Part shown: one piece after another, positions 25,755 through 37,569 of the stretch
Position numbering within the stretch: the first letter of the stretch is position 1
How the letters are laid out: every line of letters begins with the position of its first letter
NCBI GenBank assembly: GCA_964016885.1
Contig: OZ024742.1
Location: forward strand, 245,830,001 to 245,894,000
Length of the DNA: 64,000 nt
DNA from: Eledone cirrhosa
Taxonomy: Eukaryota
Direction: 5' to 3'
Translations under genes and position numbers: made by a program
The notes under the pieces: model-generated
The model's input: only the letters and a program-made list of their open reading frames with translations
What the model was told of the DNA's origin: nothing
The model's database searches: none

Positions 25755-28255
25755 TTGTGTATGTCCGTTTGTGTGCACGTGCGTGTGTTTGTATATGTTT
25801 AAGAGTGTGTATTTGCACATTTGTGTGTAAATATGTGCGCGCATGTGTGAGTGCATGTTTGTGCACGCCTTGGTAAATTGTGGTTACTTGTTTGTGTGCG
25901 CCTGTACCGTCGCATATGTGTGTTCGCGCGCGTGTGTGCATCTGTTTGCGCGTATGTGTGCACGTGTGTACGCAAGTATTTGTGCTTGTCTGTGTGTGCG
26001 TGCGTTAGCACGTGTATCTGCACGACTGTGTCCACATGTGTGTGAATATGTTTGTGCGGGGCTGTGCCTAGGTATGTGTGCGTGAGTGTGTGCATGTGTT
26101 TGTGCCTGTTTCCGTGCACGTGTTTGTGTGCGCGTTTTTGTGTGCGTGTTTGTGTAAGCGATTGTGTGCACGTGCCTGTGCGGGTATCTCTGCCTGTATG
26201 TGCACGTTTCTGTGCGCATTTCTGCGTGCGTGCATGTGCGCGCGTGTGTGTGCGCATGTGCTTGCACATGTGTCTGCGCGCCTGTGTGCGCATGTTTATG
26301 TGCGAATTTTGTGCGCGTGTGTATGCGTATATTTGTGCAAGTGTTTGTGTGATTGTGTCTGCACCTTGTGTCACGTGTGTGTGCGCGTGTGTGTGTGTGC
26401 AAGTGTATATGCGTGTTTGCGTGCGCGTGAGTGCACATGTGTTTGTGCACGTTTTTGTGTACATTTCTGTGCGCGTTTGAGCGTGCATTTGCGTGCGCGT
26501 TTTTGTATGCAATTGTGTGCGAGTGTGTCCGCGTGTATGTACGGGTGTGTGTACCTATGATTGTGCGCGTGTGTGTGCATATGTGCGCGCGGGTTTGTAC
26601 GTGTATGTGTGCGCGTTTGTGTGCACGTGCGTGTGCGGGTATCTCTGCGTGTGTGTGCACGTTTCTGTGCGCATTTCTGCGTGCGTGCGTGTGCCCGTGT
26701 GGGTGCACGTGTGTGTGCACATGTATATACGCATGTTCGTGTGATTTTGTCTGCGCGTGTGCGGTCGCGTATATGTGCATGTTTGTACGCGTGCTTGCGC
26801 GTTTTTGTGCGCTAGTTTGCGCTCGTTTATGTTTCCGATTGTGTGCGCGCGCATGTATGTGCACAGCTTTGTGCACGTTTGTGTAAGCGATTGCGTGCGC
26901 GTGTGTCTGTTGGAATATGTGCGTAAGTATGTGTGTATGCGCGTATTTGCATGTGTGCGTGTGCTTGTGTGTGTGTGCGTGCATGTGCTTGCACGCGTGC
27001 CTACGCGAAAGTGTGCGCATGTTTATGTGCGAATTTTGTGCTCGTGAGTATGCGTATATTTGTGCAAGTGTTTGTGTCTGCACGTGTGAGCGCGCGTGTG
27101 TGCTCGTGTGTTTGTGTGCATTTTTGTGTGCATTTCTGTGCGCGTTTCAGTGCGCATTTGCGCTCGCGTTTTTGTATGCGATTGTGTGTGCGTGTGTCCG
27201 CATGTATGTACGTGTGTGTGTACCTATGAGTGTGCGTGTATATGCGCGTGTGTGTGCATGTGTGTGCGCGGGTTTGTACGCGTATGTGTGCACGTTTGTG
27301 TGCACATGCGCGTGTGTGTGCATATGTTTAAGAGCATGTATTTGCACATTTGTGTGCGAATATGTCTGCGCATATGTGAGAGCATGTTTGTGCATGCGTT
27401 TGTACAATTGTGTGTGCTTGTTTGTATGCACCTGTACTGTGGCATGTGTTTGCACGTGTGTTCGCACGCGTGTGTGCATCTGTTTGCGCGTATGTGTGCA
27501 TGTGTATATGCGAGTATTTGTGTGCGTCTGTGTGTGCGTGCGTTTGCACGTGTTTCTGCATTGTATGCACGTGTCTGATTGTATGCACGTGTGTGTGAAC
27601 ATGATTGTGCGGGGCTGTGCCTGTGTATGTGTGCGTGAGTTTGTGTGCACGTTTTTGTGCCTGTTTCCGTGCACGTGTTTTTGCGCGTGTTTGTGCGTGT
27701 TTGTAAGCAATTGTGTGCACATACTTGTGCGGGTATCTCTGTGTGTGTGTGTGCACGTTTCTGTGTGCGCGCGTGTGTGCCCGCGTGTGTGCCTATGTTT
27801 GTGTGATTGTGTCTGTGCATGTGTCTGCGCGTGTGTGGTCGTGTGTGTGTGCCAGTGTATGTGCATGTTTGTACGCCTGCTTGCGCGTTTGACAGCGCGT
27901 TTGTGTGCGCTAGTTTGTGCGCGTTTATGTTTGCAATTGTGTGTGGGCGCGTGTATGTGTGCGTGTATGTTGTCGAATGTGTTGGCATGTGTCCTTTTCC
28001 GTGTGTATACGCGTGTTGGTGCATGTTTGTGCGCGCATTTGTGTGCCGCGTGTGCGCGCGATTGTATGTGCTGTGTGTATCCGTATTTGTGCGCGTGTTT
28101 GCACGCATTTATGTACGCATTTATGTGCACAGTTTTGTGTGTGTTTGTGTAAGCGATTACGTGCGCGTGTGCCTATTGAAATCTGTGCGTGTAAGTATGT
28201 GTGTGTATTCGTGTATTCGCATGTGTATGCACGTATTTGCATGTGTGTGCACGTA
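25755..28255. repeat. 2.5-kb degenerate alternating purine-pyrimidine (TG/CG/CA) tract with internal block duplications
   Basis: Composition; 25770-26210 recurs at about 27297-27770 and 26860-26960 at about 28127-28225. Confidence 0.92.
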
Positions 28256-28295
28256 CTGGGTTACATGTTACCAGTAGCGCTGAAGAGCGACCTGA

Positions 28296-28346
<51 letters not shown>

Positions 28347-28471
28347 ACACACACAGAAATATCCACGGTTAGTTGTGAGGTCTTGTCTGCATGTAGTCCA
28401 TATGTTGAAAATGTAGGTTAAAATAAATCCCGGAAAACAATAAAACATCAAAAGAAAAACAGCGTCATGAT

Positions 28472-30169
28472 ATAAGTTAAAACAATGAAATAAAAATTCA
28501 AGTCATTAGGAATATACTTCACTGCTTTACGATCGTTTCTAGGTGATAATAATACATCGTACGCATATTTCGTTATCGATCTATGTAAGGTTAGTTACAA
28601 AATATCAAATAAGGAATATATTTACCTACATGTATATCGTCAGCCGTTGTCAAAAGAAATGAAAATTTTATTCAAAATCAATAGTAAATTGAGATCTATG
28701 ACCTTATTTGGAGGTAGCCGAAGAACAAACCAATCAAATGGCGTTTTGCCATATGATGTTAAGACGAAATATAACTCACTTTAGTTAAGGTCATGACCTT
28801 TTGAAAGGAATGGTGATGGTGGAGTGAAGTTTAAAAAGGAATGTAAATATTATATGTTGAGTTGTGTTGTATGGGGTTTTAGGTGAATATAAATAAAGAA
28901 ATATAAAATATACAGAAATAACTAAGATAAATATAGATAGGTAAAGTAATGGTCATAACTAGGAAGGATAGTATATTAAAAGATGAAAATTATAATAAGA
29001 TAATAAAATACAATAATATAATAATATAATATAATTATTTCTACTTTTGGCACAAGGCCAGCAAACACCCAGTACATTACTGGTACTTTATTTTATCGAC
29101 CCCGTAACAATAAAAGGCAAATATAATAATATAATATAATGTAATATAATATAGTGCATTATGGTACATTGTATATAGTATAGTATAGCGTATGATGCAT
29201 CATAAAATATAAAATAGTAAATATTTTCAAGTGGGTCAATGTATAAGTAATCAATCCCCCCAGATAAATTCATGTTGACATATAGCCAAAACGCATAATT
29301 TTCTTAGATCACAAAAGTACATATACTCACATATATAGATATGTGCCTAAAGTAGAAACAATTATTATAGGGCGATGGATTGGCAGTATCGGTAGAGGGT
29401 CGGACGCCATGCCTTTGCGGTCGGAGTTCAAATCCCGCCGAGGTTAACTTTGCCTTTCATCCTTACGGGGTCGATAAAATAAAGTACCAGTAATGTACTG
29501 GGTGTTTGCTGGCCTTGTGCCAAAAGTAGAAATTATTATATTATTATATTATTGTATTTTATTATCTTATTATAATTTTCATCTTTTAATATACCATCCT
29601 TCCTAGTTATGACCATTATTTTCCCTATCTATATTTATCTTAGTTGTTTCTGTATATTTTATATTTACTTATTTATATTCACCTAAAACCCCATACAACA
29701 CAACTCAACATATAATATTTACATTCCTTTTTAAACTTCACTCCATCATCTTCATTCCACTATCAATATAACAATCCCTTTTCTTCATAGGTTCTTTATA
29801 GTAATTCTATTTTTAACACCATTCAACCATTCCTTTCAAAAGGTCATGACCTTAACTAAAGTGAGTTATATTTCATCTCAACATCATATGGCAAAACGCC
29901 ATTTGATTGGTTTGTTCTTCAGCTACCTCCAAATAAGGTCATAGATCTCAATTTACTATTGATTTTGAATAAAATTTTCATTTCTTTTGACAACGGCTGA
30001 CGATATACACGTAGGTAAATATATTCCTTATTTGATATTTTGTAACTAACCTTACATAGATCGATAACGAAATATGCGTACGATGTATTATTATCACCTA
30101 GAAACGATCGTAAAGCAGTGAAGTATATTCCTAATGACTTGAATTTTTATTTCATTGTTTTAACTTTAT
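28472..30169. repeat. About 650-700-bp inverted repeat (28472-29120 / 29450-30169) enclosing a SINE
   Basis: cattaggaatatacttcactgctttacgatcgtttctagg at about 28504 is the reverse complement of the sequence at about 30097-30136; the arms include the SINE 3' half. Confidence 0.9.
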
Positions 30170-30176
30170 ATATATA

Positions 30177-30575
30177 TTGGTTGAAGGCTTCCTGTATTTG
30201 GGAGCAAAGATTGGGAATACGGAGGATGATGTGGTTGAGAGGAAGAACAAAGCCTGGGCGGCGTGCCACAGCTTGAGATCGGCGTGGAAGTCGGACCTTC
30301 GTAAAGACCTGAAAATCCGCCTCTTCATTGCTGTAGTGGAGTCTGTGCTGCTGTACGGGTCTGAGACTTGGACACTGACCAAGAAGCTCACTCAGATGGT
30401 GGATGGGTGCTACACGAGAATGCTGAGGATGACTCTGAACATTAATCAGTATACACTGAGGATGAAAAACTCAGAGCTGTATGGGACCATCCACAAAAGT
30501 CAGCTCAAAAGTGACACAGAGGAGACTGAGGTTAGCTGGACATGCTCACCAACATCCAGAGTTGATATTGCACTC
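30177..30575 (+). mobile_element. RTE-clade LINE fragment, second family (a related 3' end at about 60160-60325 on -)
   Basis: YLG...KAWAAC...KIRLF.A.VESVLLYGSETWTLT...DGCYTRMLR. Confidence 0.85.
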
Positions 30576-30817
30576 AGTGCTCCTTCAAATGAAACAGTTC
30601 TAGTCCTGTAGAAGCCAGTTCTATATTAAATTTTATATTATATCTATATCTATATCTATATATCTATATAGACCAATTCCTTCAAGAAATCCTCTATAAC
30701 TCTCTTCTTGCGTCAACCATTGTGTCCAAATCCTGATTTTAAAGACTTCGCTAGGTGGTACTATTTAGTTAGATATGACCTGGGCCAATACTGGCCGAAA
30801 CATATATCTATATATAC

Positions 30818-31300
30818 ATCATCATCATCACCGTTTTACGTCCGTTCTTCCACGCTAGCATGGGTTAGACGGGTTGTCCTGTTGTGGGCAGTGTCCGGTC
30901 GGCTGACCTTGTCTTGCTCATACGGGAACTGATTCTGGCTTGATTTCTACAGCTGGATGCCCTTCTTAACACCAACCTCATTTACAGTGAGTGCTGGGTG
31001 CTTTTTTCCGTGGCGCCTACACGTTCACTTTACAGTGTGGGCTGGGTGCTTTTTTGCCGTGGCACCTCCACGACCACTTTGCAGTGGGAGGGTGTGGGGG
31101 CATATTGTCTATATGCTTCAGCTTCAGCTTGTACCCATGGGAAGTCGGGTCTTCTGTATTACTGCGTGACGCCAGAGGTCACGGTCGTGTGTCATCGCCT
31201 TTGAGAGGTGTAATTGGGTAAGGTCGGCTTTTATTATTTATCACCTCACTCTAGGTCTTCTTGGGTCTCCCCACTCTGCGGTTTCCATCGACTTCTAGTC
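30818..31300 (-). mobile_element. RTE LINE 3' end
   Basis: Near-identical to 56697-57160. Confidence 0.88.
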
Positions 31301-31333
31301 TATATATACATATACATATCTATATATACAATA

Positions 31334-31361
<28 letters not shown>

Positions 31362-31374
<13 letters not shown>

Positions 31375-31610
31375 GTAATAAACACAGTAAATAGTGTGTC
31401 TAAAATTATGAGGGTTGAAATACCACATTTGTTTGAGAAATTTAACCAGAAGCAAACAGAATATACATAAAATAAAATGAAATATATACAGACCGCCTCA
31501 ATAACTATTACATCTCCCGAACAGATTAGGGATTTAATCTGTTCGCCTGGTATTTCAACCCTCGTAATTTTAGACATACGATTTACTGTGTTTATTACTA
31601 CATATATTAT
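31362..31610. repeat. Small foldback element with about 60-bp terminal inverted repeats and an internal hairpin
   Basis: atatgtagtaataaacacagtaaat...agggttgaaatacca vs tggtatttcaaccct...atttactgtgtttattactacatat; internal CGAACAGATTA/TAATCTGTTCG; (TA)n flanks. Confidence 0.8.
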
Positions 31611-31686
31611 TAAAATGCTCAGTATTTATACTTTGAACTTGTTAATTATAGGGTATCAGTATGAGTTAGAAACTTTGCCTTTTATT

Positions 31687-31739
<53 letters not shown>

Positions 31740-33140
31740 ATACTTTGGGAGGGTCATGTTGCCAATAAGAAACACACGCACCAGTTGCTTTCACTTCAAT
31801 TTATTATATATTTATAAATTTATAAATTTACAAATCTACAAACTTATAAATTTCTGGTTGGTTGGTTGGTTCCACAACCAGATAGTTGTTTATATATAGT
31901 CATAGTCCTTTCGTCACACACTCTGTGACCCCAACCATCGATTACCTGTACTAGACACAGAGCTCTGGTTAGATACCATTAACAACCAAAAACAAATCCT
32001 CCATTCCCATTATGCCAAACCCATGACTTCCAAACATCTGATCCACCGAAACTCGGCCATTTCGGACCATACCAAAATCAACATACTGATTGCGGATTTG
32101 GTACGGGTGATGAGAAATGTGTCCCGCATGTGCAACCCCGAAGAACTAGAGAGACACATACAACACTTCATCCACCGTATGCAGTTCTCTGGCTACAATC
32201 AGAGAGATAGAATCAGAGTGTATAGAGGAGCCAGAACCAAATGGGAAAAAATGGTAAATAACGACATAAATGGGACCTGCCCCTTGTATAGGAGCAAATT
32301 TTGGAATAGAATAGAAAGAACTAGGAACAAGGCCAATAGAATAAACTCATGGTATGATAGCAATAAATACCAGAGTGTAATGTTCATCAATACAACCCCT
32401 AGAGGCGAACTAGCCTACAAATTTAGAAGGGCCCTAAATAAACATAAACTCAATATTAAGATAGTAGAAAGACCAGGTACCTCCGTAAAAACACTTATTA
32501 GCAAGACATACCCGTTCCAAAGACCCTCATGTATAGATAAGAAATGTATAACCTGTAAAATAAGCCCCATATTAACTGTAAAACTAGAAATGTAGTGTAT
32601 AGCATAAGATGTACTGAAGGACAATGTAGAAACAAAAATATAGTGTACATAGGTGAGACAGCTCGTAGTATAGGGGAACGAATAAATGAACACTGGCGAG
32701 ACCTTCAAGATAATAAAGAATCATCTGTGCTCTACCAACAGGCTAAGATAGAACACAGGGGTAGATTAGAGAACATAGAAATAAAAATAGAATCCACACA
32801 CAGAAAAGATGCAATGTTTAGGCAAATTACAGAGGCAGTAAGCATAAAAGAATTACAACCAAAATTAAATAGAAAATATGAGTGGAACAGCAACATCACA
32901 ACTTACAATTAAGGACAAAATGAAAACACACACAGGACAAAATGAAAACACACACACACAGAACAAACAACCAACCAACAATAAATAAATAAATAAATAA
33001 ACAAATAGATAAATGAACACAAACACACACAGACACCCGGATGTGGCGCATGCACAAACTGAGCACACAACACACACACAGAAACAAAATGGCGTAGGAT
33101 AGAAGAAAGGAAAGGCACAGAAACAAAGAAAGGAATCCCC

Positions 33141-33185
33141 AGTCACTGAAGAGGTCACAAAGTGTGTGACGAAAGGACTATGACT
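33141..33185 (+). ncRNA. Minimal type I hammerhead in pLTR 1
   Basis: AGUCA-CUGAAGA-g-GUCACA aagug UGUGAC-GAAA-GGAC-UA/UGACU; predicted cut after A33180. Confidence 0.78.
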
Positions 33186-33325
33186 ATATATAAACAACTA
33201 TCTGGTTGTGGAACCAACCAACCAACCAGAAATTTATAAGTTTGTAGATTTGTAAATTTATAAATTTATAAATATATAATAAATTGAAGTGAAAGCAACT
33301 GGTTCGTGTGTTTCTTATTGGCAAC

Positions 33326-36300
33326 ATGACCCTCCCAAAGTATAACAATATCGGTTTCAACACACGATTTCAGATAAAGAATCTTGCTAAACAAATTTAG
33401 AAACGAAATATCGTAAGCCTTAGCCAGGCTAACAAGATACTGAAAACCACCATGTTCTGTTGTCTACGAAAAACCATAACATCTCGACAACTACACTTCA
33501 TAAAGCTGTGCGCCACTTCTAGAATCTACACCAACACCATCAATACTGACGTTAGAAGATTACAACTCACCAAAAAACAAGCAGATAGGCTAAAACGAAC
33601 TTTGATTCTAAACATAAAAAAGAAGATCTATAGAGAATTAAGTCATCAAGAAAAACAAAAGCGTAACCTAATACAAGAAATAGCTAAAATCACCACACCA
33701 ACAGAAAAACTAATATTTATAAGCCTTATACGCCCCGAAGAACAGTACATTACTCAAGAATGTGATAAGCACTTTAACAGGAAACTAAAGTGGCTTAAAC
33801 AGGCAAAGCTAAATCAGGATACTATAGAGTATACCAATAGATATCCCGACAAAATTGACGGTATCAACATGGCCGACACCTCATTATCAGAAGAGTTCAA
33901 CAACAAAAATACCAATATTTATGGGAACACGGAAATAGATAATGATGAAATGTCTGTGCTATGTTTGCCGCCCAAATTTGCGACATTCAAGAAGGTAAAT
34001 ATGATTAGTTGTCTGTCAGAAATAGAAAAATCATTTACAAAACTACGCTGGAGCATCAAAAACAAAAGCAACAATATACGCACACACATATACAACACAC
34101 ATCCCAACAACAACAGACACACAGACACAAACAACAATAACAACAACACACACATCAACAACAACAACAATAGCAACATACCCAGATACAACAACAACAG
34201 ACACGCAGACACAAACAACAATAACAACACACACAACAACGATAACACACACGGAGACAACAACAACACACATCAACAACAGCACACATCAACAACAACA
34301 ACAACAACACACGTATTCAATGCCTCTCACCACCACCACCACAATCTTAACAAACACACAGACACAGAAAACAAGTAATGACAGTAGCACAGAAATCAGA
34401 GAAATAAGGGAAAGTAATAGGATTAAAAGGAAAAGGAGATGGGAGACTAAGGACAAAGAGAATAACCAAGACGAACACACAGACACACAAAATAGGGTAG
34501 ATAACAACATTGAGCCAGTGGAAAGAGACAGAAGTAATTATGAGAGACATAGAAACAACCATGAGGCTGTTGGTGGAAATAGAAATAGAAATAGAAACAA
34601 CACAACTAACAATAATAATAACAATAGCACTAGTACACATAAAGCAGCAGCCTGGAACTCTCCGTTTTATAATCCCTCCGATAAATCATTCGACCTGCGA
34701 CGAGTCCACGCCACGACTTTACCATTTAACAAACGCACGCAGTTGCCGTCGCAGGTCGATGAACAAACAGAAGCACAATTTAGTATAGCTAAATCCGAAC
34801 TTAGAAATATTATAGAACAGTATAGCAAGAAGCATAATAGAATAGAGGCCCAGCAACTCGGAGAAAAATCTGCAAATGGCTTGCGTAAGCTCATGCAGCG
34901 CTCGCGTAATGGAGAGATAGCATGCTTTCCAACAGACAAGTCTGGCAGAATGTCGGTTGACAGCCTGCCAAACTACATCCAGGCAATGCAACCCCACATC
35001 ACTAACACAAGAGAGGTAACACCACAGGAGCATGAGGATAGAGAAAAAGCCCTCAATGCCCATATGGTGATGTGGACGAATATAATGCAGCCCAACAAAA
35101 GGACTGCCAACAACTTCCAGGCCTGGAACAATGACGTGCCGGCGTTGTATGGGCTCCGAAAAGACCATAAAACGGGCTGTGACCCTGTCGCGGGACCACC
35201 AACACGGCCAGTCTGTGGAGCTAACATTGCTAGTAACTACAGACTGTCCTACTTCCTTTCCCTGATCATACGCCCCATCATTGAGATGTCCCCAGATGTA
35301 TGTGACAGCACGGAGGACCTCCTCAGCAGAATCGGCGCGAGTAACCGATCTGGGGACCTAACAAACTGCATAATAGGCAGTATGGATGTTGTGTCCCTGT
35401 ATCCATCTATTGACGTGGATTTTGCTGTGGAGAAATGCGTAGAAATGATCAGCGGGAGCAAGGTTGAGTTCCGTGGGATTGATACCAGTGAGCTGGGATT
35501 TCTACTTAAGCTTACCCATAGTAATAGTTACCTAGACACTTATGACCTTAGCAACCTGTGCCCTACAAGACCAGCAAGAGGCAGACCACCTACCATTACC
35601 TCAATGGCCAAGAAAACCCACACAGATAGATGGAACGGGTGGACCAGAGCCATACGGACACCTGAAAACCACAATGAACTGAAGAAAATGATTGCACATG
35701 CGGTAGGGGCCAGCATAAAATTAACCCTTAAGGAACATATGTTCAAATTTAATGGTAAAACATATGCCCAAGAGGAAGGAGCAGCCATTGGTGTTAGCAT
35801 TGCAGGCGACATAGCTAACTTATTCATGGTATGGTGGGACAGTAGACTTAAACAAAAACTTAAAGAACAATTAGAAGACAGCTTAACCCTGATAATGTAC
35901 TCCCACTACGTAGATGATATAAACATCGTAGTTAAGACACCCCCACTAAAGAACAGTCAGGAACTAGAGAAAAACACAATGGAAAGCATCCAGCAAATAG
36001 CAAACTCCATCCACCAGAGCATTAGAGTTACTATAGACTACCCAAGTAGACACCCCAACCATCGATTACCTGTACTAGACACAGAGCTCTGGTTAGATAC
36101 CATTAACAACCAAAAACAAATCCTCCATTCCCATTATGCCAAACCCATGACTTCCAAACATCTGATCCACCGAAACTCGGCCATTTCGGACCATACCAAA
36201 ATCAACATACTGATTGCGGATTTGGTACGGGTGATGAGAAATGTGTCCCGCATGTGCAACCCCGAAGAACTAGAGAGACACATACAACACTTCATCCACC

Positions 36301-37036
36301 GTATGCAGTTCTCTGGCTACAATCAGAGAGATAGAATCAGAGTGTATAGAGGAGCCAGAACCAAATGGGAAAAAATGGTAAATAACGACATAAATGGGAC
36401 CTGCCCCTTGTATAGGAGCAAATTTTGGAATAGAATAGAAAGAACTAGGAACAAGGCCAATAGAATAAACTCATGGTATGATAGCAATAAATACCAGAGT
36501 GTAATGTTCATCAATACAACCCCTAGAGGCGAACTAGCCTACAAATTTAGAAGGGCCCTAAATAAACATAAACTCAATATTAAGATAGTAGAAAGACCAG
36601 GTACCTCCGTAAAAACACTTATTAGCAAGACATACCCGTTCCAAAGACCCTCATGTATAGATAAGAAATGTATAACCTGTAAAATAAGCCCCATATTAAC
36701 TGTAAAACTAGAAATGTAGTGTATAGCATAAGATGTACTGAAGGACAATGTAGAAACAAAAATATAGTGTACATAGGTGAGACAGCTCGTAGTATAGGGG
36801 AACGAATAAATGAACACTGGCGAGACCTTCAAGATAATAAAGAATCATCTGTGCTCTACCAACATGCTAAGATAGAACACAGGGGTAGATTAGAGAACAT
36901 AGAAATAAAAATAGAATCCACACACAGAAAAGATGCAATGTTTAGGCAAATTACAGAGGCAGTAAGCATAAAAGAATTACAACCAAAATTAAATAGAAAA
37001 TATGAGTGGAACAGCAACATCACAACTTACAATTAA
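33326..37036 (+). pseudogene. PLE polyprotein (N-terminus, Asn-rich linker, RT, Cys linker, GIY-YIG), disrupted
   Basis: PTDKSG, YGLRKDHK, PTRPV, MDVVSLYPSI, GAAIGVSIA, YVDD, then VYSIRC..C..VYIGET..R..EH. In-frame ATG at 33326, TAG at 33398, frameshifts at about 34270-34380 and about 36690. Confidence 0.92.
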
Positions 37037-37244
37037 GGACAAAATGAAAACACACACACACATAGAACAAACAACCAACCAACAATAAATAAATAAATAA
37101 ATAAACAAATAGATAAATGAACACAAACACACACAGACACCCGGATGTGGCGCATGCGCAAACTGAGCACACAACACACACACAGAAACAAAATGGCGTA
37201 GGATAGAAGAAAGGAAAGGCACAGAAACAAAGAAAGGAATCCCC

Positions 37245-37289
37245 AGTCACTGATGAGGTCACAGAGTGTGTGACGAAAGGACTATGACT
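37245..37289 (+). ncRNA. Minimal type I hammerhead in pLTR 2
   Basis: AGUCA-CUGAUGA-g-GUCACA gagug UGUGAC-GAAA-GGAC-UA/UGACU; predicted cut after A37284. Confidence 0.8.
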
Positions 37290-37569
37290 ATATATAAACA
37301 ACTATCTGGTTGTGGAACCAACCAACCAACCAGAAATTTATAAGTTTGTAGATTTGTAAATTTATAAATTTATAAATATATAATAAATTGAAGTGAAAGC
37401 AACTGGTGCGTGTGTTTCTTATTGGCAACATGACCCTCCCAAAGTATAACAATATCGGTTTCAACACACAATTTCAGATAAAGAATCTTGCTAAACAAAT
37501 TCAGAAACGAAATATATATATATATATATATATATATTAATATATATATATGTGTATGTATGTATAAAT

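Larger units (their letters stand above)
31732..37513 (+). mobile_element. Penelope-like element in partial tandem: inverted pLTR (31732-31930), 5'-truncated unit (31928-about 33410), full unit (to 37513)
   Basis: 31928-33410 is nearly identical to 36052-37513; RT and GIY-YIG ORFs; a hammerhead in each direct pLTR; (TA)n on both sides. Confidence 0.95.

Noticed and set aside
25702-28416. Many long His/Thr- or Cys/Val-rich ORFs
   Set aside because: Open on both strands and in several frames because the TG/CA low-complexity tract lacks stop codons.
29990-30090. Hammerhead in the 28.5-30.2 kb inverted repeat (CTGACGA...GAAA)
   Set aside because: Stem II closing bases and stem I do not pair convincingly.
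31928-33410. Assembly-duplication artefact
   Set aside because: The copies differ at several sites (for example CTGAAGA/CTGATGA, TAG/CAG and a 20-bp indel), and partial tandems are typical of PLEs; long reads would confirm.
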